64,000 nt of DNA, taken from assembly GCF_009914755.1 (NCBI RefSeq), contig NC_060937.1; one strand, given 5' to 3'. Positions 1 to 31,009 of this stretch are shown here, one piece after another (within the stretch, counting starts at the first letter, position 1; every line of letters begins with the position of its first letter). A program made the position numbers and the translations under genes. Source of the DNA: the human T2T-CHM13v2.0 reference genome, Homo sapiens. The notes beneath the pieces were generated by a model. The model ran no database searches and was not told where the DNA came from. It saw only the letters and a program-made list of their open reading frames with translations.

Positions 1-99
1 CCCAGATCATACCACTGCACTCCAGCCTGGGTGAAAAAGTGAGACTCTGTCTCAAAAAAAAAAAAACAAAAAAACAAAAAAAACCCAGCGAGAACACAA

Positions 100-2520
<2,421 letters not shown>

Positions 2521-2697
2521 AAGCCGGGTGCGGTGGCTCACGCCTGTAATCTCAGCACTTTGGGAGGCTGAGGCAGGCGGATCACTTGACATCACGAGTT
2601 AGAGACCAGCCTGCCCAACATGGTAAAACCCTATCTCAACTAAAATACAAAAAATTAGCTGGGCGTGGTGATGGGTGCCTGTAATCCCAGCTATTCA

Positions 2698-2802
<105 letters not shown>

Positions 2803-3276
2803 TCAAAAAAAAGAAAAAAAAAATTAGCCAGGCATGGTGACGGGCGCCTGTAATCCCAACTACTTGGAGGCTGAGGCAGGAGAATCTCTTGAACCCAGGA
2901 GGCAGAGGTTACAATGAGCAGAGATTGTGCCACTGCACTCCAGCTGGAGCAACAGAGCGAGACTCCATCTAAAAAAAAAAAAAAATTATATAAGTAAATA
3001 AATAAATATGGTCAGAGTCACTTAAGGAAAGCCTGCAACATGAAAGAGAAAGTCTGAAACAAACAAGCAGAAAAAACAAAGATAACAAAAAGCAATCCAG
3101 AGGAAGTACAATTTAGGAAGTAGAAGGAAAAAAAACTCTTGAAATAATAACTTCAGAGAAATAAAGACAAATATTGAAGACATAAAAAAACAGATTGATT
3201 AGAGACCAAGAATGAGCTCTTGGGAACTAAGAAGATAATGCCTGCACCTAAAAGTTTAATATAAAACCTGAGTGAA

Positions 3277-3554
3277 GGCCAGGCGCGGTGGCTCACGCCT
3301 GTAATCCCAGCACTTTGGGAGGCAGAGGCGGGCAGATCACGAGGTTAGGAGATCGAGACCATCCTGGCTAACACAGTGAAACGCCGTCTCTACTAAAAAT
3401 ACAAAAAAAATTAGCCGGGCATGGTGGCGGGCGCCTGTAATCCCAGCTACTGGGAGGCTGAGGCGGGAGAATGGTGTGAACCCGGGTGGCGGAGCTTGCA
3501 GTGAGCCGACATCATGCCACTGCCCTCCAGCCTGGGTGACAGAGCAAGACTCTG

Positions 3555-3592
<38 letters not shown>
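3277..3592 (+). mobile_element. AluY-like element with clear TSD
   Basis: gagatcgagaccatcctggctaacac diagnostic, long A-tail, TSD aaaacctgagtgaa on both sides. Confidence 0.9.
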
Positions 3593-3597
<5 letters not shown>

Positions 3598-4344
3598 GTG
3601 AAAAAGTCAATGAAACTTTCCAAAAAGTGGAATAAAAAGAGACATGGATGATAGGATATAAACAAATACCAGCGGGTCCATTGAGGAGATCCAATATAAC
3701 CGACAGGGATTGGAGAACAGTGTGGGGAAATGGTTAAAGAAGTAATAGAAGAACATTTCCCAGAACTGAAGTCCACAAGTCTCTAGGTTGAAAGCTTTGA
3801 GAGTGATGAGTACAATAAATGAAAACAAACTGTATCAAGGAACATCATCATGAAATGTACAATACTGGGTATACAGAAACGATCCTAACTGCTTCTAGAA
3901 AAAAAAGAGCGGGGGGATCGCTCACACAGGCTTGAGAGTCAGGACAGCATTCGACTCGCACAGAAGCACTGGAAGCAGGTAAGTAAAGCACTGGTAACTT
4001 CAAAATGCAGGGCTAGTTTTTATCCTAGAACTTTATGCCCTCTCTTATTTTCAGTCAAGTAGAAGAGGAACATTTTCATACAAGCAAGAACTCAAAATGT
4101 TTCCAAGAGCAAATCACGAAAAAGGAAGATACAGCATTTGACAAAAATGCACTCCAATACAGGAAAGTGACAAAGAGAACTCCCAAGGTGACAGCTGTCT
4201 GTCAGGTTTGGAGAGCTGCCAGTCCAGACTGCAGGAGAGGGCGGACGGCATTTGCTGTCCAGGAAACAAACAGCCTGGTGTTTGACAGATCCACTGCAGA
4301 AAATAGAAAGAAAAAAACCTCTGTAGGTTCAAAGAAAACAAAGC

Positions 4345-6241
<1,897 letters not shown>

Positions 6242-6703
6242 GAGAATGACCACAATATGAAGATAATATAAAATATTTAAAATAAGTAAATCAAGAAATA
6301 TCAATAAATGCCTATAGTGAAGATGCCAGAAGAAATAACTCTGAAGAGATGAGAGTGTTTGTGTTTGCAGAGCAGGAAATGGCAAGGGATGCACAGAGAC
6401 TACTTTTTTTTAGTAATCTAACTTGAAAAAACTGTATATTTATTATGTTTATAAAATTAAAAAAAAAATTTAAACAAAAAAGACATACCAATCATCAAAA
6501 CCATGGTTTTCAAACTTGTTTTGTTAGCGGAATGCTTTTTCCCCCCAGGAAAATCTATGTATTAATAGAATAAGAGCACAGCTCAACCCCAGCATCCCCC
6601 AAGTTCTTAGAAACCACCAACTCTGAAGATTAACCTATTCAGATTCCCTCTGCCCCCATTGTAGCTACTAAATCCAACATGAGTTTGAACTTACCCAAAG
6701 TTA

Positions 6704-7265
<562 letters not shown>

Positions 7266-7729
7266 TGCAAAGTGGGGCTTAGAATCAAGGCCCTGGATTC
7301 CTCATCCGGGACTTTTTCTCTTATATGGTTCTGCTTCAGGAATTTAAAAACAAAGGGGACAAAGGCGTCAGTGAAAACTAAGGGACAGGACAAATATGGG
7401 TACCTTTGATCGTATTGGTGTAGGAGTCGGGGAAAGTGAAAAGAAGTTGAGGTTTTCACAGGAAATGGGAGATAATAGGGTCACAGGAGGAAGAGAGAAA
7501 GTTAACAAGTTGGCATGATTATGCCAGGAGTAGCAAGTAGGTTTTATCTCAAATGCTCAGCTTGATCAATTGAGAAGAACTGCTTGATGTGCTGAGTTAG
7601 ATTTTGAGGCTGAATCTGGGTTCAGCCAGAATGTGTGCCTTGATTGAGTGCTGCTGTCTTAATAGAGAGGAGGCATTTTGGCAGGCATACCACTATCTGC
7701 TATTCTTGTTAAATCTATAAGCAGTCATG

Positions 7730-8070
7730 ACTCTTGTTTGAATGTTCATTCCCTCCAAAACTTACGTTGAAATGTAACTGCCATGGTAACAGTTTTAGGA
7801 GGTGGGACCTTTGGGAGGTGATTAGGCCATGAAGGCACCTTTCTCATGGGTGAGATTAATGCTTTTATGAAAGGGCAAGTTCAGTCTCCTTTGGCCCCTT
7901 TGCCCTTCTGCCTTCCACCATGGGAGGATGCAGCAACAAAGCCCTCACAAGATGCTGGCACCTTGATCTTGGACTTCTCAACCTCCAGAACTATAAGAAA
8001 ACAAGTTTCTGTTCATTATAACTGACCCGTCTGTGGTATTTTGTTATAGCAGTGCGAAACAGACTGAGAC
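7730..8070 (+). mobile_element. MaLR solo LTR (MST/MLT1A-like)
   Basis: ggtgggacctttgggaggtgattagg...cttggacttctcaacctccagaact...gtggtattttgttatagcag...gactgagaca. Confidence 0.8.
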
Positions 8071-8379
8071 AATCTTTTTGGAGGCGTTAGTCACCAGCCT
8101 AAAGAGACAATCAGAAACAGGTGGTTCTAGTAGGTACCATAGAGTCAGAGCAGTGAGGCAGGAAAGGACTACAGCAGTGAGGCTGCTGAGCCAGCAGTGC
8201 TTGACACATCCTAGGTATTGCCGACTCTGATCCCTAAGGAATGCAGTGTTCTCTCCATTGCCCAAGCGTAACATGACACATAAGGGAGAGATGAAGACTA
8301 CTTACATGAGTCCCAGAATTCAGCAAGATGTTTGTCAGTGCAAGGATTCATGCAAAACTTGACAATTACCCTCCCATAC

Positions 8380-9100
<721 letters not shown>

Positions 9101-9129
9101 ATTAATAATTGCCATTGAAATTGAAATTG

Positions 9130-12385
<3,256 letters not shown>

Positions 12386-12459
12386 ATGTGAACTGAAAAA
12401 GAACAACACTGAAAAAGAAAACCATTCGAGTGGTTTTCACTCTGTGACAATAGCCTCCA

Positions 12460-12562
12460 ATCATTTTGTACCTTTTAAGCATGACCATTGGGTTTTCACA
12501 CTCATATGGGAGGTGCCTCCCTCAAACTTTGTTACATTGGCACATGACTCATCTGATGTGAA
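12460..12562 (+). pseudogene. Diverged U13 (SNORD13) snoRNA retrocopy
   Basis: atcattttgta...cattgggttttcacactcatatgggaggtgcctccctcaaactttgttaca..ggcacatgactcatctga aligns by eye with U13 over ~100 nt. Box C is decayed (atgacca); box D CTGA is retained. Confidence 0.8.
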
Positions 12563-12754
12563 CTTAGGAAAAAACTCACAATGACCCATATGCACTTCAT
12601 CCCAGTGTCCAATAAGATTTTTCTTTTCTAAGGTGAATAAGCTCATTTTGTCCATTCAGTGTAGGCTTCTGCTGGAAATGGAAAATTCTCTTACAAAGGA
12701 AAAGCTTTTTTTACTGATGGAAAAAGATTTAACAGGATTAATAATATCAGCATA

Positions 12755-15778
<3,024 letters not shown>

Positions 15779-16177
15779 TCATCAACAATTTAAAATGCAA
15801 GGTCAGGAGCTCTAACTGTCCTCTCAGTTTAACATATTATGCTGGGGAATTAGCTCTTATTCATGATTTACTTGATCACCCACCATATTTATTTGACATC
15901 CCACTTAAGCCACTCAGTAATCCTAATGAGGCATATTTTGTTCCCATTTTACGCAAGTTGGTCACAGAACCACAGCCTGATTTGGACTTCATGTGTCTAC
16001 CTGGAAAGCCTACTTTTCCACACCCCAAGACATTCCTGAGACAGCCCTGTCTGTGCTGTGCAACCCTGGCTCATGTGTCACAGGGGAAGCATGGGGGAGT
16101 TACAACATGCTGAGAGAGGCAAGGACTTACAAACTCCAGTAAGACATGACACCAACTACGGGATTTGGATTCAAAAT

Positions 16178-16183
16178 TTTAAT
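16178..16183 (-). terminator. Probable distal polyadenylation signal (ATTAAA) of LATS2
   Basis: tttaat on +; on - it is followed about 25 nt later by gtagttggtgtcatgtctt (GU-rich). Confidence 0.65.
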
Positions 16184-16642
16184 AATAAATTGTGCCAGTA
16201 GAAGCTTTTCAAAGGTAATGATATATCAATAAATAATAGTTAAACTGAGTTCCTGAGAAAGAACCTACCACATGAAAGTATGTCAGAGCGCTGTGAGTAA
16301 CAACATGGCACGACTATAAAATAGCGAGAATACTGACAGTCACGACGACAGGCACAGCAGACTTGAGTATGCCACTCACACAAATGTAAACCAGTACACA
16401 GGAATCTTTATTTTTTTAGTTTAAACACTGATAAACTTCTAAGTGTTGTTGCCTAGATATATACTAAGTAATGGATACATTATGCTAAGAACTTCAAGGA
16501 AAAATATGTGGAATAATATAATGAAAATTATGAAGCATCAGATTTTTTAAAAAGCAAAAAAGAATTGAACTTTTTACTCAAATATAAATCACTTTAAATA
16601 GGAATCATACTAATTTGAAATAAGGAATATTGTGTTTATCTC

Positions 16643-16660
16643 TGTGTGTGTGTGTGTGTG
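16643..16660. repeat. (TG)9/(CA)9 microsatellite in LATS2 3'UTR
   Basis: Direct reading. Confidence 0.9.
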
Positions 16661-17566
16661 TATACACGCACATACATCTATACTTCTAAGAAAATACGTA
16701 TGGCTTACTTTTTATTTCAATGTCATTTTGAAGAATCTTTGCTTTTTTACAAAGGTTAGGAATATGTATTGTTTAAACCAAGTTAAGATTTGATACTTCA
16801 AAGTACACTAAAAGAACAAAAAAAAAGTGAGAGAACCATTAGATCACTCAGTTTCCTGACAGTAACAGAAGAAAACAGGACTAAGAACATTCACTGAAGC
16901 TTTCAGTGTGGGCAGTCTGTCAGTAAAAAGGTAAGTAGTAGGGTCAGAGGTATGGCATTCCACATACCAGCTCTACCAAGAATGAAAGAGCATACGGACT
17001 ACAGAAACGGACGTGTGTCCGTGATTAAACTTTTTGGCATCGCTGTATTAATCCCTTTTGATGTATATAAGTTCAGTATATGACAAATGTTTCAGTTCCC
17101 CCCCCCCAAAGAATCCAATCACAACCAAGACACACACACAAATCACTTCTCAGTTACACATCTGCATTTCTTTAACAAAACAGTAAGAGATACAATCATA
17201 GCGAAGAGGTCACCCGCACAATACATTATCAGCACACTGTCTAGAACACCTCATTTAAAGACACTCAGTAAAAACGTATTCACAGGACCTGCTGTGAATG
17301 GCAAGATATGGTAATTTTATAATAGAAGAACTCTGCTCATGCAGTACTCTCCACACACCAGACGTCGGAAATCACAGCCACATCATCACCTTGCTCACAC
17401 TTCCTATTATACTAGATATGCAAAAAGCCAAAAAAAGCAGCTTTTAACATTATATCATTATATCACAATTTTGAAACATGGGAAAAAATAAAAAACAAAA
17501 ACCATTGTGTGGATAAAATGGTCTCCGTGACATTGAGCAGAGTGTTATCTTTTTTTTTTTTTACAT

Positions 17567-17734
17567 TATTGCACAGAGATTTCTCATCAATGTTCTTCAG
17601 TTTTTATGTCTTTTCCTAAATGTGAATAAGTGCTATGGATAAAATACAAATGTAGAAAATAACAGCAGCATGATTTGTCAAAGTTAATCCCTATAATTTA
17701 GTAAGAAAAAATGGATATAAACAAAATAAGTGCT
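17567..17734 (-). promoter_or_regulatory. Cluster of miRNA seed sites in LATS2 3'UTR: miR-25/92 8mer (17567-17574), miR-15/16 and miR-103/107 7mers (17664-17671), two miR-302/372/373 8mers (17627-17634, 17727-17734)
   Basis: Read on - as GTGCAATA, ATGCTGCT and AGCACTTA x2. miR-372/373 repression of LATS2 is established knowledge. Confidence 0.8.
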
Positions 17735-17995
17735 CTTTCTAAACTGTACTAAATTTTCAAAAATATTGTTTTAATGCAGTGAAGGTCCTGAAAAGCCTAT
17801 TGAAAGCGATGCTGAGTCCTGTTTTCAAAAGTGTCCTGTTTGGGTTTTCTTGGTGAAGAGCAGAATTTCAAGTGAAGTAATCGACGGACTAATTTAAAAC
17901 AAAACAGCCCTCGGCTTCCCTATTGGCCTGTGAGGGCACCGGCTCCGGGACCCTGACCTGGGAGGCAGCGAGTGGTGGGGGTGCCTGGCCCCCAT

Positions 17996-18490
17996 CTACA
18001 CGTACACAGGCTGGCAGCCTTCAGTCTGATCCACCAGATCAGAGCTTTCTAAATCTGAGCTCTCAGCCTGTGAAGCTTCTGCTCCTGAAGGCTTTGGGCA
18101 TCGAAAGGGGTAGCCATTGTCATCAAAGAACCTTCGGAAGGTGAATTCGTAAAATGCGTGCTCAGGATGCTTGTTATTGGGCGAGGTGAGTGTGTCCCAG
18201 GCCTTGGTGCTACCTTCGCTGGCATCGTTCCAAGGGCTTTCTTCATCTACGGGGTCGAAATTCGAGGTGTCCATGGGGTGGCTGATGGTGGGAACGTAGG
18301 GGGCTGGCTGCTTCCGGATGTCACTGGAGAAGTCAATGGCGCTGAAGAAGGGGTGGGCCTTCAGGTCATCGGCCCCATTCCGCCCCAGGCGGTGGTCTGC
18401 GGAGCAGCACAGCTTGGTGATGAGGTCCCTGGCCTCAGGGCTCAGCTTCACCTGGGCTGGAATGTGGAGCGTGTTCTCCCAGTTGATCAC
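17996..18490 (-). CDS. LATS2: LATS2 last coding exon (kinase C-lobe end, AGC C-tail with hydrophobic motif), stop TAG
   Basis: VINWENTLHIP...HAFYEFTFRRFF...GCQPVYV*. Acceptor ttcctcag|GTG at 18490; 495 nt in frame. Confidence 0.98.
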   Translation of the reverse strand: MINWENTLHIPAQVKLSPEARDLITKLCCSADHRLGRNGADDLKAHPFFSAIDFSSDIRKQPAPYVPTISHPMDTSNFDPVDEESPWNDASEGSTKAWDTLTSPNNKHPEHAFYEFTFRRFFDDNGYPFRCPKPSGAEASQAESSDLESSDLVDQTEGCQPVYV

Positions 18491-18752
18491 CTGAGGAAAC
18501 AACAGAGCCAACAGGTTAGTTTCTCCTCACATCTTGGGCAGTTCTGGGACAGCGTGTGATGACGTGACTTTCAAATATGTTTAGTTTCACAATAGGAGAG
18601 GAGTTAGAATAGACACAAGCAGCAGTTGTTGATCTCAGCAGCCACAAAAAGTCAGTGTCATTTCAGTCGATGGCTCACAGCCTGAGGCCAGGATGACCAG
18701 TCAAATACAGACAAAAAGATACTGATTTTCTTCTATCAGAAATACTGTTTAG

Positions 18753-19068
<316 letters not shown>

Positions 19069-19449
19069 TAGCTATGGCAATGGCTTTCTGCAAACCATCA
19101 TGACGCTCATTCAAATACTTATTGTGGTCAAAAAACGGCCAACTGGGGTTTTGAAAAACAAACAGGAAAAACTTCATAGGGAAGAATAAAGCTGACTGAC
19201 CCCATGTGACCTTACATGCTCAACTGCACAAACCAGCCATCTGGACGTTCAGTAAATGCACTTGTTGTAGAGATGTGTCTACTGTGAAGACAAAACCTAG
19301 GGGACTTCTTTATTGTTTACACTTAGAATCAGGAGGAAACAAGGCCAACATGACTGGCTACCAGCTGGGGTGATGGGACAGCGGATAAGGCATGGAAGTT
19401 AGTGGGTGTGTGGGTGGTAGGCTTGGTTTGAACCTAAGTAGTTGTTTTC

Positions 19450-20915
<1,466 letters not shown>

Positions 20916-21006
20916 AATCTGAATTATCATGTGGGCAATTTAGTGAGTAGCTCAGCCATTCAATTAGGGCGCAGATAATGCCAGATTCCAATTTTACTGT
21001 TCCTAG

Positions 21007-21255
<249 letters not shown>

Positions 21256-21396
21256 TAGTCTCGATCTCCTGACCTCGTAATCTGCCCGCCTCCGCCTCCC
21301 AAAGTGCTGGGATGACAGGCATGATCCACCACGCCCAACCTTACTAGACAGATTTTCTAATTAAAGTTATTAATTTAGGCTCCCTGGCCTAATAAC

Positions 21397-21435
21397 CACA
21401 TGCCCTGGTGGCTCACATGACCACCAGGGCATGTG
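21397..21435. repeat. Perfect 15-bp inverted repeat with 9-nt loop
   Basis: cacatgccctggtgg-ctcacatga-ccaccagggcatgtg. Confidence 0.95.
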
Positions 21436-21698
21436 AAAATTCCAAGGACTGTGTGTCAGTTGGTATGTCCACAGAAGACTGCAGATTCTTAATTTCAATT
21501 CTCAGTTCAACCCTTAGTAACTCATTTCAGAAAGCAAATGGCTGTCATTTTAAAACTAATAATTTAGTATTAAATGACTGACAATTATTTAACTACTTTG
21601 AATGAATATTAGGAATATGCACAACTAGCCTGACCACATAGCTGACAGTTTGCGAACAATGATATAATATCCAAATAAAGAAACTGCTTTCTTTAGAT

Positions 21699-22452
<754 letters not shown>

Positions 22453-22810
22453 AGTTCCTGGAGTTCCGTGTGTTCTCTGCAGGGCAGGTGTGGGTGGGGG
22501 AGACAGTGGATCAGCAGCACACCTTTGCTGATCCTCACTGTTCTTGCCTGGAAATAGCAAGGTGGCAGATGGCCAAGGGTTTAATAGAATTTCAGATATT
22601 AAAATGGGTCCAATTCCATGGCTTTGCTTATCAAAATAGAAAATTTAAAAATAGATAATTTAAAAAATAATGAGATTATTTTTAAAAATCCCATCCTATA
22701 CAACTGCCATTCCTACCCTACTCAGAATAAGAGGGCAAATGCTGACCAAAGATTCATGGGTACATGAGCAAATCAGATGTCTACAGCAAGCAGATGCGTG
22801 GTTCCTCTCA

Positions 22811-22948
<138 letters not shown>

Positions 22949-24591
22949 CTACACAGGCATGAATTCTCCTCCGAGGTGAATTTCATTAAGATGCTGAACA
23001 TACAGATTTCCTGTTAAGTGGGAAAGCGCGTTGAAGCATCGCACTGTGCGCAAGATGGACCTATGTAAGTACCTGGATACTACTGGGTGGGGTGGTGGGG
23101 GGCGGTGGCCATGGCCGCTTAGGTTTTTGTATTTTTAATCATTGTAATAAGAAAATACTTTTTAATTTAAAAAGATTATTTTTATTGTTAGCAAATAGTT
23201 ACTTGCCAGAATTTTATGTTCTTAAAGATCACAAACAGAGGCACCAATTAAAATAACAGAACTGAAAAACATAAAGTGCTATAACCTGTGAATAGTCAGG
23301 TGAGGGTCAAGGGAGGCTTCTAAGTCAGTTTTGGATGAAGCTGAAGAATACGGAGATGAGGAGGAGGTGGGCAAAACCCCCCGGACAATTCACTGTAAGC
23401 CAAACACTCCTTGTGTGAGGCCCCTACGGAGCCGGGCCTTCCTCACGGGGCTCCCAGCTGTGCTGGGTCAGGGCTGGCCTCTGGGAGGCTGTAGGCTAGG
23501 CTCGTTTACCTCTTATTTTCTCCCACTTTTCCTTCAGAGCCTCATGACCCATCAAGCCAGGATCGTCTTCATGTCACCTAATCCTTGCTAAGTATAAACT
23601 GGGATGTTAAGAGGTCAGTCTGCGGGTGCCTGCAGCTGCATATGCCAGGGTAGCCCCCTCAGGCCCCTCTGCTATCTCTCCGTCCCACCTCTTCCTGTCC
23701 AAGTTTGGCAACAGAGGCTGCAGAAAAACCCCAAGCAATGGTTTCTTGAGAATGCTGCACGTGGTAGAGGGAAGTAGACCTTCACTGGGCACCAAGGTTA
23801 TTCACAACCTCTCAAGGTCGTTATTGCTATGTCTGTGGTCTGAGTAGTTAAGTAACTTGTGCTGGATTACCACAGCTAGCAAAGAAAACCCAGACTTGAA
23901 CTGAGTCTGGCTGGCTCCAAAGGACTTTAAACAACATGTGATGGCAGGGGCTGCCTGTCTCTGGATTAATTACACCCCATTGTCACTGTGGACCATGCAG
24001 GATCACTGAAGGATTCCTCCTATACTGAACCAGATGTTGCATTTGATAGAATGAAGCATCCATCCAGGAGGCAAATGTTATGAGCACTAGTCATTTTACA
24101 CAACTGGCACCTGCCACTTTTGCTTATGGTCTAGCAGGGAGAATGAGAGAAAAAGGATCTTCCAACGCTGTCACATAAGCACCCAGCTGCACACGGCACA
24201 ACTCAGCCAGGAGCCTGAGACAGAAGTTAAAGCTAGAGCCCGGAAATGTGTGGTCTGGGCAGACTGAGCAGAGGTCCTGTGGCCCTCAGAGTGGTTTCCA
24301 TCATCTGACTGTGAAAATCAGGGCTGGAGTCATTCCCTTGGGTCTAGGTAGAGCCCGAGGGCCAGCAGACACTGGTCTAATGGTGCATGTCTTCCAACCC
24401 CCTGAAGCAAGAGCACTTCCAGGACAGGAGGGAGGCTTGTATGTTGCAGAAATTAGTAGCTTTCAGGCTTCTATGAGGACAAAAATATGACTGGAAGCAT
24501 TAGGTCCTTGGAAAGCTAGAGCCAGCGAGAGACAGCTCACATCTGAAGGGAAGGAGACCTCCTGCGGGGTGGCTGGCCATGGCGCATGTAC

Positions 24592-24774
24592 CTTTGCGGA
24601 GGAGCACCTCGGGTGCGATGTAGTTTGGAGTCCCCACCAGTGAATGTGCCAGGCACCTCTGGTGCTGCTTCCGCGCCCTCTGCTCTAGGGTCTTCAGCCT
24701 GTCCCCACACCGACAGTTAGACACATCATCCCAGAGGTCGCTGGGCTCCATGCTGTCCTGTCTGACATGGCTCC
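24592..24774 (-). CDS. LATS2: LATS2 coding exon (exon 6; 183 nt, NDR-family insert and activation loop)
   Basis: (G)SHVRQDSMEPSDLWDD...HQRCLAHSLVGTPNYIAPEVLLRK(G). Acceptor gtgaag|GGAGC, donor AAAG|gtacat; phase 1-1. Confidence 0.96.
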
Positions 24775-25358
24775 CTTCACCCAGGAATCAGGGATAGTGA
24801 AAGAAAAGAACAAAATATAAAGTGAATTTTCACTCTTCAATAACTCAACAGATCCACAGCTTAAAACAGCAAAGTCATTCCAATCAGCTCCTGACATATC
24901 AGGACAGAGAATCCCCGCTGAGCTGCTCCATAGGGGCAGCCTGCTGTTCCTAGTTTGGAGACACACGTGGTGAGGTTGGCGCTAGCACCAAGGTAGAAAT
25001 GACGGTGAAGAATCACAGGACACCATGCACCGTGCTGAGCTGGCAGGAAGGCACTGCAGGCAGGAGAGGCTGGAAGAACTGCGGGGACAGCACTCCTAGC
25101 GCTTAGGCCATAATCAAAAGGTAACAACTGCCTGACACATGTTTTAAGATGAGCATGGAAAACTTAGGAGGATTTAAACAACATGAACAAAGGTTACTTC
25201 AATGCCAGAAAATGAGAATGAATTAAATGATTTAGAGTTAGTTTTGAGTTAGAGAAAAAAGACTAAGTGATGATATTAAAATAACTACTTCAAGAATCTC
25301 AGCCATAAAGAAGATAATAATCAGCTGTTTTTGGCTTTTCCAAATGGCAGAACTATAG

Positions 25359-27385
<2,027 letters not shown>

Positions 27386-27574
27386 TAGACATGAATATGG
27401 AATGAAAAGTTAAGATAAAAAAGAAAGTTCTTTCTCTAGGAGACTTTTGGCTCTAAAAACTAAGGGAAACTTCTATTAACACAAATCTGTGGAAAAGGGG
27501 ACCACAGCATTCCTAGAACTCCAAGAGCCATCTAATCTTTCAGTAACTCAGGGAAAATGGGAAAGCAGGAAGAA

Positions 27575-30360
<2,786 letters not shown>

Positions 30361-31009
30361 ACACAAATGAAAAGTATATCTGTAAAAAAATCAGTGAATA
30401 CGGGACACTGAAAAGAACACAAATCTGGTTTTCAGGCTTTGGAATTATTGGCTTTGTGTGATTTAAATCTGTTACATTTTAATTTAAATAGTTTCATCAA
30501 TAATTACCTTCTTCAGCACTTCAGTGTCAACTAAGGTATATTTAAATCATTAGTTACTAACTAAACACTTAAAAGAATAAATGGAATCACTACTAGATAC
30601 ATTTTTCTTCCAAAATCCCACAATCTCAATTTACAAAACCTTAAACTTTGTTTCTACTCATTCAAATGTTCTATTATTAATCCATGATGAATTTTGTTAA
30701 GCGAGGACATACCCTAAAACTTAATTTGCTAATTTACCTACAATGTAAATTGTAGATTACCTACATTACGCTGGCTACATTATGCACAGCTATCTCTGAT
30801 TCTTCAGAAGAGTCAAGGGGAAAGGCGAAAGGGAGGTCACACCATTTGCAACTTCTCCAAGTTGTTGGCCCCAGAACCAGACTGTCGCCCATTAGCCGTT
30901 TTGATGATAAGGGGTATACAGTCGAAACAGAAAAGGGATTGTGCGTGCTTCCTATTGCCAGTAGAGGGATGAGCCGGGAACAAATAGTAAAAATGAAGTG
31001 TGAAATTAC

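Larger units (their letters stand above)
16164..17995 (-). other. LATS2: LATS2 3'UTR (~1.8 kb, AU-rich, free of interspersed repeats)
   Basis: Follows the stop codon. ATTAAA on - at 16178-16183 with a GU-rich element beyond; cleavage site approximate. Confidence 0.8.
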
